From Candidatus Obscuribacterales bacterium (GTDB lineage Bacteria; Cyanobacteriota; Vampirovibrionia; Obscuribacterales; Obscuribacteraceae): a DNA stretch of 64,000 bases. The stretch is from the NCBI GenBank assembly GCA_965228855.1, contig CBDDIJ010000003.1, positions 384,001-448,000 on the forward strand, in the 5' to 3' direction. The position numbers were made by a program, and so were the translations under genes. Shown piece by piece: positions 29,980-39,634 of the stretch. The notes under the pieces are model-generated. The model was not told the DNA's origin. It saw only the letters and a program-made list of their open reading frames with translations, and ran no database searches. Every line of letters begins with the position of its first letter. Position 1 is the first letter of the stretch.

Positions 29980-30009
29980 ACTCTACACTCGGAAGATGTG
30001 CCAAGTCAA
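29980..30009 (-). promoter_or_regulatory. Putative sigma70 promoter of the leader-aroF-CM operon
   Basis: TTGACT-N18-TAGAGT on the minus strand. Confidence 0.55.
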
Positions 30010-30162
30010 GCAAAAGTTTCCGGCGGTAACGTCATTGTTAACCAGGTCCGTTTGAGATGGTTTCGACCAATAGGAAAATAGTAATTCAATTACCTATTAT
30101 CTATAGACGCCGAGTTTTCCATTAGAGTTTGTCGGATTTTAAATGCGTCAAACTGTTGCGGA

Positions 30163-31077
30163 TTAACTCCCGTCGCCATCTTCAGCACCGAGCTCGCCGA
30201 GGCGCTTCCGGAGCCCGTTTATGATTTCATTGCGAGCATTGAGGAGGTCCAGAAGGGCATCATATTTGGTGCCATAAGAATCAACTTCGTTCTGCAAAAT
30301 TGCATTCGTCAGAGCGTTGTTTTCGGCCTGCTCTTTGATTGCCTCGATTGCTGCGATTAGCTGACGAATCAGGTCTCGCATATCCACGGATGTGTTTTTG
30401 TGCGCGTTGCCGCTTGCGACATCATCGGCTATTCGCTGTAATCGCTTGGTTAACTTTTCGCATTTGCGAACATTGTGCTCGACCGTGTTAACGTCGGTAT
30501 CATCGAAATCTTGAATTATCGCCATCCGCCGACGCACTTCGGCCTCAACTTCTTGTGCTGTAATGTTGTTGACGTGCATCGGACCTGCACAGATTTCTCG
30601 CCAGGGCGCTCCGGCAAGAGCTTGACGCACGATCACTTCGAAAACTTGCTCTCTGACCCCGGCGCCGTATTTGCCCTGACGATTGGCGTCCTGCTGCGGC
30701 GAATCCTTTGATGGTTTAAACAGCTTACCGAGTTGCGGCAGATTGAACTTAGGTATGCCGCCTTCGCGAGGAGATTCTTTGCTGCCCGGCTCCCTCGGAG
30801 TCTCTTTCTCATCCGATGCCGTAGACCGACCGGGCGGATCGGCAAAGTCCGGTAAGACGCTGAATGGCGGCTCGATACGTGAGCCGTCAAAAGTACTTTC
30901 GAATCGGGAGTTGCAGAATCTGCAGACGGACGCCCCTGTGCGGATCATCTCGCGGCACGATGCGCAAGGAGAAAACTGTGCCGGGTCGATTCCACGTTGA
31001 CAAAAGCGGCAAAGCGCGGCGCCCTTAGCGATTGTTTCGCTGCAGTGTGGGCAAGCCGTCGATTCGCGTTCGTTCAT
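30163..31077 (-). CDS. Double zinc-ribbon hypothetical protein with coiled-coil tail
   Basis: Four CxxC pairs at the N-terminus (CPHC/CRFC/CASC/CRFC). Confidence 0.7.
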   Translation of the reverse strand: MNERESTACPHCSETIAKGAALCRFCQRGIDPAQFSPCASCREMIRTGASVCRFCNSRFESTFDGSRIEPPFSVLPDFADPPGRSTASDEKETPREPGSKESPREGGIPKFNLPQLGKLFKPSKDSPQQDANRQGKYGAGVREQVFEVIVRQALAGAPWREICAGPMHVNNITAQEVEAEVRRRMAIIQDFDDTDVNTVEHNVRKCEKLTKRLQRIADDVASGNAHKNTSVDMRDLIRQLIAAIEAIKEQAENNALTNAILQNEVDSYGTKYDALLDLLNARNEIINGLRKRLGELGAEDGDGS

Positions 31078-31149
31078 CACAACAGCCTCAAGTCTCAGTT
31101 TCAATCTTATTCCACGCCGTGATAATTTGCTCACGCTCTGTTGCTGAGC

Positions 31150-32520
31150 TTAAACTGCCGGTTTGTCAGTCTGAGACGAGTTTTCAATGAGGCTATCAGT
31201 TTCCTGTTCCAGGTAGTCCCGCCGGGTCGTATAAGCCAGCTGATTGGTCAGCTGGGCAACTTCGTCCTGTCTTATCTTGTGCACCTCGTTTAAGGCGAGC
31301 GTCAGGTCCGGAGCAGCTTCATCGAGGGTCATGCTCAGTCGTTCGATGCGCTCGTTATATTTGCGAATGCGAACATTCTGAAATTGAACATTAATCCAGC
31401 GAAACGCCGGAAAGAACAAGAAGAAGCTAGCGTAAAGAGCGAGCACCAGGAAGAAATTCTCCGACGAGCTGTCACTGCTCTGGACGGCGTAGAGCATGTA
31501 CCAGAAAAACACCGTGCCGAAGAAGTTCGAACAAGCGAGCAGCAAAATCGGTTTGAGCGAATCGGTACTTATATCAGTAAACACAACAGGTTGCATCGTG
31601 ACGGCGCGAGGTGGCTGTGAATGACGCGATTCATGTGACTCTTCGTCTCTGGCGTCCGGTGCAAAATTGAGAGCGCTTTTCGAAACGGCCGCTTGCATCT
31701 CCGGAAATTTGTAAATCAAATGACCCGATGGTGTGGCGCCGGGCACGCCGTGAAATTTTGCCAGAACCGGGAATGCCGCTTCTACCTCGGTAGCAGCAGC
31801 GCCAACCAGGGGCGCGAGTTGTTCGGGCAGGATGATGCCCTGATTTGCGCGAATCAACTGCGCAACTGCTTTTGACTTCTCGTTTTCAAAATTCTGGTTC
31901 GGGTTGCCGGGACCGAATAATAATGTGTAGCAGTTTAAAAGGAAACCTTTGTCGTCCTTGACGCTCTGAACCTGCTCGGCGGAATCGTTACTCTTCGTTG
32001 AATCAAGCGGAACCGGACTGAAATCGACGGCATTTGCATCACGTTTGAACTGCATCGGATTGATACCTTGAAAAAGTTGAAGCCGTTTCAAAAGTGTGAA
32101 AAATTCTTTGATCAGTCCGATCACGTCATTCGCGTTGCCGGAGAAAACCGACATCAGCGATTGCAGCACTAGCATGACTAAAAACACCAGCGTGATTGAG
32201 AACAGCAGCATCAGGCCGAATGAGATTCGAAACAAGAACGCAAGCACGGGAGCGATTGTTTCCCAGATTTTATTCGTGAACGCAAAAAATCTGTTCGAGT
32301 AATAGCGGTATCGCAGGTTGGAGGGAAACTGGTAGTAAATTTGCCCGGATTCTGTAACATCCAGATCCGCGCCGAGTTCGTGGGCCAGGTCGTTCAGCTC
32401 GCTTGATACCACACCGAGGGGGAGTCCGGTTTGCGCCACCACATCCGGTATCGCTACGCGACGATTCATGCTGTTTATCGCAGCAAGAAGTTGTTTTCGG
32501 GTAGTCTTATTCGATGCCAC
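31150..32520 (-). CDS. Membrane protein of the cyanobacterial/plastid At5g03900-like family
   Basis: RVAIPDVVAQTGL...LDVTESGQIYYQFP, RISFG, LFG.GNPN, IRANQG...PEQLAP. Confidence 0.7.
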   Translation of the reverse strand: MASNKTTRKQLLAAINSMNRRVAIPDVVAQTGLPLGVVSSELNDLAHELGADLDVTESGQIYYQFPSNLRYRYYSNRFFAFTNKIWETIAPVLAFLFRISFGLMLLFSITLVFLVMLVLQSLMSVFSGNANDVIGLIKEFFTLLKRLQLFQGINPMQFKRDANAVDFSPVPLDSTKSNDSAEQVQSVKDDKGFLLNCYTLLFGPGNPNQNFENEKSKAVAQLIRANQGIILPEQLAPLVGAAATEVEAAFPVLAKFHGVPGATPSGHLIYKFPEMQAAVSKSALNFAPDARDEESHESRHSQPPRAVTMQPVVFTDISTDSLKPILLLACSNFFGTVFFWYMLYAVQSSDSSSENFFLVLALYASFFLFFPAFRWINVQFQNVRIRKYNERIERLSMTLDEAAPDLTLALNEVHKIRQDEVAQLTNQLAYTTRRDYLEQETDSLIENSSQTDKPAV

Positions 32521-33377
32521 TAGAATGACTTCTCCTGCTTTGCCAGTTGCCTGTCCCGTGCAGCTTTATCCATCATTCCCAGTTTCTCATACGCGATTGC
32601 GCGCTGGCTGTAAACAAAATCCGGCCCTTCCGTTCCACGCTTAAGGGCGTTACTGTAGTCCATGACTGCGCCTTTGAAATCATTCAGTTTCATGCGCGCA
32701 GACGCTCGCTTAACAAGCACATGGTCGTCATTCGGGTATTGCTTCAAAAGCGCGCTGTATGAATCGATCGCACCTTTCCAGTCTTTCATGGCTTCGTGCA
32801 CTTCAGCCTTGGTGTAGTAGATTGTTTCCTCCTGCGGATAACTCTTCAACAATCGGTCCACATCAGCCAGCGCTTCCGGATACTTTTTCATCGCCTTATA
32901 GCAAGCGGCTCGCCGTTTCAACAGGTCGACATCAGTCGGATCTATTTTTAGACCTTTGGATAGAACCGCAATCGCTTCGGTGTTTTTCATCAAAGCCGTG
33001 AGAAGCATCGACTGTCGATTGTACATATCCGGGTCCTTAGGGCGAAGTTCCAGAGCCTTCGTCGAGCAATTCAAACCCTTCGGGAAGTCCTCTGTCCACA
33101 TATAACAAGTGCCCAGACTTGTCCAGAAGCCCGGCCAGCTTGGGTCATCCTTCGCTAACTGAGTGAAAAGCTTCAATGCGGTTTTGTGTTTCCCGTGATC
33201 CAGCGCCTCGATTGCCTGTTCGTACCTGGGTATTAGCGGGCTTTTCGAATGCAGGCGTTTGAACTCACTGAAAAACTCGTGGTCTTTCGTTGGAGGTGGA
33301 GCTGCATTTGCATTGCAAAAGCTGCCGGCGAAAAGCCACATGGACATGGTGATTGAGACAATGCCAATCAACTCCAC
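32520..33377 (-). CDS. TPR protein
   Basis: Signal-like N-terminus and multiple TPRs. Confidence 0.85.
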   Translation of the reverse strand: MELIGIVSITMSMWLFAGSFCNANAAPPPTKDHEFFSEFKRLHSKSPLIPRYEQAIEALDHGKHKTALKLFTQLAKDDPSWPGFWTSLGTCYMWTEDFPKGLNCSTKALELRPKDPDMYNRQSMLLTALMKNTEAIAVLSKGLKIDPTDVDLLKRRAACYKAMKKYPEALADVDRLLKSYPQEETIYYTKAEVHEAMKDWKGAIDSYSALLKQYPNDDHVLVKRASARMKLNDFKGAVMDYSNALKRGTEGPDFVYSQRAIAYEKLGMMDKAARDRQLAKQEKSF

Positions 33378-33548
33378 ATATTTCGCGCTTATTGGGCCGA
33401 GGCCTGGTTTAAACAGATACGCTATGCCTTTTTATAGAGGCGGACAAAGTGGGGACGATGTTCTGATCATCTATCATCAATGTGTCATTCCATCATAGCT
33501 CAAACGGCCAGGCAGCAAGTTTCGCGCGCCCTTCGGGCTAAACAGTTT

Positions 33549-35954
33549 CTACTTGCCGCGCACCATTGTGTCGAAGGTTTGACCTGAATTGCCTGTAAGC
33601 CAGCGCATGTAGAATGAGTGCTTCGAGCCCGTCAATGGTTCTACCCATATTGGAGCAGTGAACATTCTGTCCGTATGACCGGATGTCGGGTCGGTGCGCT
33701 GAATTTCCATCCAGTAAGCAGACTTGTTGCCGAGCTTATGTTCCAGAGCATCGAAGGAGACTTTATTTTTGGCGGCGAGGAGTTCCTCACCCGTCATCGT
33801 TCGCTCCTCTACGATTTCCGCAAGCTTCTTGTCGCCAAGCTTCTTATCGCCCCATAACTTGATTTTGTATTCCGCACCTGGCACGACTTCGCCGCCAATG
33901 TTCGCCGACAGCTTCAAGTCAGGCACCGCAGCCTGGTCTAAGATGCTGCCCATCGGATGTTTATCGTTGCCCCACATGGTGGCGTTCAGTTTGTCACCGT
34001 TGGTGGTGGCAATTGTCCTGCGTTCTCGTAAGCCCTCAAGCAAGCTCGGCTTGTCGAGTTGCTTCGCCATGATCATCGTGGTTCCTGGCGTTCCAGCCGG
34101 ATTTCCGTAGTGGAAATCGCGTCCAAATGTCGGACTTGCGTGTACGCCTTTGTCGAGGTAGCCGGCGAAGCTGGTCGCATCGACTGCGCCGGGAGGAACT
34201 ACGTCCACCGGGTCCGGCGTGAGGGCACCGCCCTTGATGACTTCTATCTGACGAACATAAGGAGTTGCGAAACGATCTAGCCACTCTTGTTGGTTTTTAA
34301 ACGATTTCTGTCCATAGTCTCGACCACGCTCTCCGACAGGTGTCGAGGGGCTTTCGTCGGCTTTGAAGCGAGGGTGGTTGAGTTGAATTACCGGAGTGCC
34401 ACCGCTTGAATCTTTGATGCCATCGAGGTGATCGACCAGAGCCTTGTAGTCGCCGTCGTTGATTTTTACTACATCCGGTCTTTTGAACACAGGCGAGGCA
34501 TCGCGTCCGGTCATTCTGAGGATGAATGTTTCCAGCGCTCCGCGAGGCTCCCTGACCGATTCTAGGAACGTCGGCACCTCGAGCACGTTGATGTGATTGA
34601 CGCCGCCGAGGTGTTTTCCGTCTGCGGCTGCAGCGCTTTCGATTTCTGACGTGCGACTGCCAGGCGTTTTATCAAACCTGGGGGTTGTGCCTTCACCTGG
34701 TGCCTTGCCGACAGTGCCGATTGGATCTTTTACTTCTGGAAGAATGCCTTCAGGGAGTGCGCCATTGTTCTTTCCCGGAACCTCGAGGGCTCTCGGCGGA
34801 CTCGGCAGATCGGGCTTCACCAGACCTTCGGGGGCTGGACCGAAGAAGTCATCGTGCTTGTGTTGTCCACCGACCTTTCCTATCGTGCCTAGCTCCACGC
34901 CGACCAGACCGACAAAGTTTTCATCCGTCGCTGCTTTAGCGTGCTCGAATGTTTTCGTATATAGGGTAGGATCTTCAGCAACGGTTGGTGTTCCCGCCTG
35001 ATCTTTGGCTCTCACGTCGTCCGGCTTGACGCCGCCTCTGGCGGCAGGGTGGTTGTGGTCTGTGATGGCAGCGAAATCCAGACCTTCTTGCTTGGCTTTT
35101 GCGTAGATTGTCTTCGGTTCGCCCATGCCGTCGGAATAGCGCGAGTGCCCGTGCAATGGACCTCGGTAGAGGTTATATCCGGTTCCATCTGCTTCGACAA
35201 ACTGATTGACGCGGCGATTCAAGATACCGAGAGTTCTTTGACCGAATGGAAGTTGCTCCGGAGCGATGCTCGGTTTCATGGCCTGGGCAATCGAAGTCGT
35301 CGTTTCAGCGGGTGCGTTGACGATGCCCCTGGTCCCACCGGCTCCGGGCACGGAGCTATAGATGTCTATCTTGGGAGTTGCCGCCGTTCTGTTTGCGCCT
35401 GTAATTCCGTCGTACACATTGCGAATCGTCAGCATGCTGCGGTTTTCAACGTTCATTATGCCGCGCTGGGTTGCCTGGCTGAATCTTCCAATCGCGCCTT
35501 TGGAGCCAGCCAGACCGTAACCTAACTCCGCGCCGGCATAGCCGCCTGCAAAAGAAAGACCTAGATTTGCCGTGCCGGAGACAGTGTCGCGGGCTAGTGC
35601 ATGAGCGATTTCTTGCTGATTTGCAAAAGGATTTTTCGATTGCTCATGCGCTTGTTCCAAACGGTTGTAGGCGTGAATAGCTGCTGGTGCGGTGAGAGCG
35701 GCTCCAACGAGTATCGAGGCCGGACCACGGGCTGGAACAATGTAGCCGATGGCAGTACCCATGACTCCTGCTTCTACGACTGTTTTCGCCGCATGGGCTA
35801 TAGTCTGACCGGGATGCTGCCAGGCTTCAGCCGCCATTTCAGCGGTCGCTGAAGGAAGTTCCTTAATCGCAAGTCCGTATATCGAGTTCCCGCCGTCGTT
35901 CTGGTGAAAGTCCGCGAGGGTCAGTCGGTCTTGTGGAGGCATTTGCAGCACCAA
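33549..35954 (-). CDS. PHP-superfamily metallohydrolase (CehA/McbA-like) with Gly/Ala-rich hydrophobic N-terminal region
   Basis: LHGHSRYSDG, GLDFAAITDHNH, GVE, HIN, NHP, DFH, TAPIW. Confidence 0.8.
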   Translation of the reverse strand: MVLQMPPQDRLTLADFHQNDGGNSIYGLAIKELPSATAEMAAEAWQHPGQTIAHAAKTVVEAGVMGTAIGYIVPARGPASILVGAALTAPAAIHAYNRLEQAHEQSKNPFANQQEIAHALARDTVSGTANLGLSFAGGYAGAELGYGLAGSKGAIGRFSQATQRGIMNVENRSMLTIRNVYDGITGANRTAATPKIDIYSSVPGAGGTRGIVNAPAETTTSIAQAMKPSIAPEQLPFGQRTLGILNRRVNQFVEADGTGYNLYRGPLHGHSRYSDGMGEPKTIYAKAKQEGLDFAAITDHNHPAARGGVKPDDVRAKDQAGTPTVAEDPTLYTKTFEHAKAATDENFVGLVGVELGTIGKVGGQHKHDDFFGPAPEGLVKPDLPSPPRALEVPGKNNGALPEGILPEVKDPIGTVGKAPGEGTTPRFDKTPGSRTSEIESAAAADGKHLGGVNHINVLEVPTFLESVREPRGALETFILRMTGRDASPVFKRPDVVKINDGDYKALVDHLDGIKDSSGGTPVIQLNHPRFKADESPSTPVGERGRDYGQKSFKNQQEWLDRFATPYVRQIEVIKGGALTPDPVDVVPPGAVDATSFAGYLDKGVHASPTFGRDFHYGNPAGTPGTTMIMAKQLDKPSLLEGLRERRTIATTNGDKLNATMWGNDKHPMGSILDQAAVPDLKLSANIGGEVVPGAEYKIKLWGDKKLGDKKLAEIVEERTMTGEELLAAKNKVSFDALEHKLGNKSAYWMEIQRTDPTSGHTDRMFTAPIWVEPLTGSKHSFYMRWLTGNSGQTFDTMVRGK

Positions 35955-36130
35955 AGTCTGAAGGAACGGCTACCATCTTGTAGAAATTGTATGAAAAAGG
36001 CATGTGTGAGCCCAGCCGGAAAATACGCAAGGCGGGGAGTTCCACGTACTTGACTTTTGTTTGAAAACGTTCAAGACAACGACAATATCGCAACAGAACA
36101 GTTGTTCCGGCTCCGGCCGGGTCGCCATCC

Positions 36131-36958
36131 TCAACCGGTCTGACGGCGCGACTTATCGACTTTTCGATGAAAATACGATGCGAGATTGAGCAAATTGATG
36201 GCGTCTTCGAGTGTCATGTCCCAGCTAGGTTTGAATTGCCGGGTTTGCTCATCCTGAAACATCAAGAACCAGGCTTTTAGCATTACCATGAATGAAAACT
36301 GCTCGGCAATGTCCCTGTCAGTCATGAATGCGTTTATTGCTAAAACTGGCTTGCCCGGCCATGCGAAAGAGAAGGCGTGCTCGGCCAGTTCGGGTCCGTC
36401 TGCCGGGAGCGCAGCTTTCGCACGAATTTTTTCAACCAGAAACCGCATCGACTCTTTAACAGGGCGGTGGTAGCCTTTATCTACGAGAAACTCGGCCCGC
36501 GCGATCATCTCGATATCAGGATGGAGCTTGGCTTGCCTGAGCACGTCGCGAAACTGCTTTGCGCGTTCTTCCGCCTCCGGTGGGACATATGTCGTTTTCG
36601 ACCGGTCTAGCAGTTTTATCTCAGATTCGTGATTGATCTCGTATCCAGCGAAGGACAGGACCTGATTCACCTCTTTCGAGAAGCGCTTGAACGCAGCATC
36701 TCCGCGGCTCATTCGGATGTGATTGCCTGTGCGACGAAGGAATGACGCCAGATTATCGGCGCATCGGTTGTAGTCCTGGTCGCCGATAAATGCGCTGCTC
36801 AGGCGTCTGTGTCTCGATGCGTTGTGATGGATGTCCTGAATGCCGCTGGAGATGAGCAAACCGCCCAGTTCGCCATCGGTGATGACATCCTCGAGCGCCA
36901 CGAAAGCGTCACAGAGCATCGTAATATAGGTGTTGTCGATGGAAGGTATTGTTGTCAT
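36131..36958 (-). CDS. TIGR02391-like protein (AbiJ-type N-terminal domain, degenerate HEPN)
   Basis: VNQVLSFAG, LHPDI, DGPELAEHAFS, PVLAIN...EQ; the RxxxxH position reads FQDEQTRQ. Confidence 0.7.
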   Translation of the reverse strand: MTTIPSIDNTYITMLCDAFVALEDVITDGELGGLLISSGIQDIHHNASRHRRLSSAFIGDQDYNRCADNLASFLRRTGNHIRMSRGDAAFKRFSKEVNQVLSFAGYEINHESEIKLLDRSKTTYVPPEAEERAKQFRDVLRQAKLHPDIEMIARAEFLVDKGYHRPVKESMRFLVEKIRAKAALPADGPELAEHAFSFAWPGKPVLAINAFMTDRDIAEQFSFMVMLKAWFLMFQDEQTRQFKPSWDMTLEDAINLLNLASYFHRKVDKSRRQTG

Positions 36959-37018
36959 CTACTCTATTTTGTTATCTTGTTGAGGCGTTGGTTATCCATC
37001 AAGGGGTTATTTTAGGCG

Positions 37019-38296
37019 ATGGGCGAAGGGAATGGGAGAATTTTGTTGGCGTGCACTTTGCTACTGCTTGCCGGAACTTGCCATGAGGCAGTGGCAGCAG
37101 ATCCGGCAAACCAACTTCAGTCTGAGAAGCCGAGTTTAGAATCCACTCCGCCGCCAACCGCTCCTGTTTCAAGTGGTGGCACCGATGGTGCCCCGTCTGT
37201 CGCACCTCCAATCGGAGAAAATGGTTTCACTGGTGGTGCGCCTAATTCGGCTCCGCCCCAGGAGTATGGCGCTCCGCAAGGTTATGCAGCTCCGCAAGGC
37301 TACCGGGCACCCGGCGGCTATGGCGCACCGCAAGAGGGCTACAACGGCGCTCCGGCCTACGGCGGCCCACCGCCTCAAGGATACGGCGCTCAGCCGCAAG
37401 GATATGGTGCTCAAACGCAGGTGCCGCCGTTCAGCAGTGGTTCCTATCAGGGACAGCCGAACTACAACACCGGTATCCAGTATGGTGAACAGTACCCTCC
37501 GCTGCAAGCACCCCAGCAGGGATACGGGCAACCGCCTGGTGGCGCCTACGGTGGCGCCAATTATGCGCAGGAGTCGTATCATGTTCCCCCTTCCTATTAT
37601 CAGGGCGCACCCCAAGGCGGTCCTGGTCAGTTGTACAGCGATCGTGCAATTTTCGCTCCGGCTGGTTTGACCTTACCTGTAAGTTTGCAGACTGCAATTT
37701 CGACTCAGGTTGCAAAAAATGGTGATTATATTCAGGGAACGATTAATGAGAACGTTTCGCTCGGTGGTCGGGGCTACATCCCGGCGGGCACTCAGGTCGT
37801 AGGCTCTGTGACCGACTCGGTCGCGGGGCGGCGGCTCAGCCGTTCCGGTGAGCTAAGCATCCAGTTTAACAGTTTGCGATTGCCTAACGGTCAACAGATT
37901 CCAATCACTGCGCATCTTGTCGGAGACCTTGGAAAATACAAGGATAAAGGAACGGGTAACAACGACGTGTACCGCGGCGAAGGCATGATGGGCAAGGTTG
38001 GTCAAACAGCCATTCGCGGCGGTCTCGGCGCCGGTCTTGGCGCAGGTTTGGGCACCGCTGTCGGCGCCATCGCGGGTGGTGGCCATGGTGCTGGTATGGG
38101 TGCCTGGTCGGGTGCCGCTATCGGTGGTGGCATCGGTGTCGCCGATATGCTTTTGCGCAAGGGCCGCGACGTGATAATTCCAACCGGCACAAACATTCAA
38201 GTTCAACTCGACCAGCAAGTCGATCTCGGCGGTGGACCGCCACCTCAATACGGTGGTCAGCCTGGCTACGGTCAAGGACAATCCGGCGTGTTTTAG
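37019..38296 (+). CDS. Secreted Pro/Gly/Tyr/Gln-rich protein with beta domain and glycine zipper
   Basis: Signal peptide, PQGYG repeats, IPAGTQVVG...G.LSIQF, GAGLG.GAI.G zipper. Confidence 0.75.
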   Translation: MGEGNGRILLACTLLLLAGTCHEAVAADPANQLQSEKPSLESTPPPTAPVSSGGTDGAPSVAPPIGENGFTGGAPNSAPPQEYGAPQGYAAPQGYRAPGGYGAPQEGYNGAPAYGGPPPQGYGAQPQGYGAQTQVPPFSSGSYQGQPNYNTGIQYGEQYPPLQAPQQGYGQPPGGAYGGANYAQESYHVPPSYYQGAPQGGPGQLYSDRAIFAPAGLTLPVSLQTAISTQVAKNGDYIQGTINENVSLGGRGYIPAGTQVVGSVTDSVAGRRLSRSGELSIQFNSLRLPNGQQIPITAHLVGDLGKYKDKGTGNNDVYRGEGMMGKVGQTAIRGGLGAGLGAGLGTAVGAIAGGGHGAGMGAWSGAAIGGGIGVADMLLRKGRDVIIPTGTNIQVQLDQQVDLGGGPPPQYGGQPGYGQGQSGVF

Positions 38297-38314
38297 AATC
38301 CAGCTGGCTAAATT

Positions 38315-39514
38315 CTAGCCCTTTATTTGATTCGCGCGAGATTGCAGTTTCATAGCCTCTTTCTTGCGATCTGTTTTGTTCATCAGATACGCGTATTTTT
38401 CGAGGATTGAAATCATGGCTGCCGAGTTCGGGCCGTTGATTTTTTCTTTTATCTTCATCGCTTCGCCAACGAGCGTTGCCGCTTGCTGGTACTGCCCGCG
38501 GTTCTCTAATAACGTTGCCAGTGAAAGGTCTACATCTGCTACGTTTGAAGAACCTGCGCCATAAGCGCTTGCGAATGCCTCACGTGCTTCGCGATATAAG
38601 GACTCCGCTTTTCCCGAGCGGCCTAACGCCGAAAGTGTGTGCGCATATGCGTCAAGGCTCTGGAAAGTTTGCGGCTTCGCCATTCCTACCGTTTCCTTCG
38701 CCATCGTGAATGACTTGAGCAAAAGTGGCTCGGCAAGGGTATGTCGGCCTTCCTCGGCGTAAAGCTTTCCAAGGTTCGCGTAACTTTGAGACAGGGCGAG
38801 GTGGTTTCCGCTTAAAACATGCTCGCGCAATGCCAGCGATTGCTTGAACAATTTTTCTGACTCGGGTTTATCACTTCCGGTCCGGCGGGTCATGTACGAC
38901 TCTGCAACACTATCGAGCATCACAGCCAGTTCCAGGCATTGATTGGTTGATTTCTCGTGTGTGAGTTTCTCGACTTCTGAAAGTAACGCTTTGGCTCTTC
39001 CGAGATCTTTGTGATGCGCGTAAAAGTTTTGGAGATGTTTGAACGAGCTCTCCATGTCTGTGAATTCGCGAATTTGAATATCGCCGAATTGAATCAACTT
39101 GTTGCAGATCGGGTCTGCTTTCTCGTATTTCTTCCGTTTTAAATAAAACTGGCAGAGACGCGCCGCGCTGTCGGCGACATCAGTGTTGAATGCGCCAAGT
39201 GCTTTTTGTTTGATGTGAACAGCTTTTTCGAACAGAGGCTCGGCTTTGTCGAACTGACCGCGGCTGTTGTAGAGCACACCGAGATTCGTCAAACTCGTTG
39301 CCATACGCAAGTCGTTGTCGCCGAAACTTTTGGCTTCCGTAACAGATGCTTGAAACGCACGCTCAGCCTCGCCGAAGCGATTCTCACGAAATGCGTCAGC
39401 GCCGGTCTGTGTATGTTTCTCCCACTCGGCTGCGCCTGCAAGTGCCGGTCCTGGTGAGGACTGCAGAAGTGCGGCTAGTGAGAGAGCGAAAAAAATTCTG
39501 CGAGGTGAGGTCAT
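38315..39514 (-). CDS. Secreted TPR protein (kinesin-light-chain type repeats)
   Basis: ATSLTNLGVLY...AEPLF...ALG repeats. Confidence 0.88.
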   Translation of the reverse strand: MTSPRRIFFALSLAALLQSSPGPALAGAAEWEKHTQTGADAFRENRFGEAERAFQASVTEAKSFGDNDLRMATSLTNLGVLYNSRGQFDKAEPLFEKAVHIKQKALGAFNTDVADSAARLCQFYLKRKKYEKADPICNKLIQFGDIQIREFTDMESSFKHLQNFYAHHKDLGRAKALLSEVEKLTHEKSTNQCLELAVMLDSVAESYMTRRTGSDKPESEKLFKQSLALREHVLSGNHLALSQSYANLGKLYAEEGRHTLAEPLLLKSFTMAKETVGMAKPQTFQSLDAYAHTLSALGRSGKAESLYREAREAFASAYGAGSSNVADVDLSLATLLENRGQYQQAATLVGEAMKIKEKINGPNSAAMISILEKYAYLMNKTDRKKEAMKLQSRANQIKG

Positions 39515-39634
39515 TCGATAGATTTCAAGTTCTAATAAACCAAGATTCTAACAAGGAAGACGCCTGTCTGTCTTTGTTCGAATTAAGCGAAATAGCCGAA
39601 CAACGTCCGTTATTTTCAGGCAAGCACGCGGAGG

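Noticed and set aside
37255..37410. Tandem DNA repeats
   Set aside because: Explained by PQGYG-type protein repeats within the CDS.
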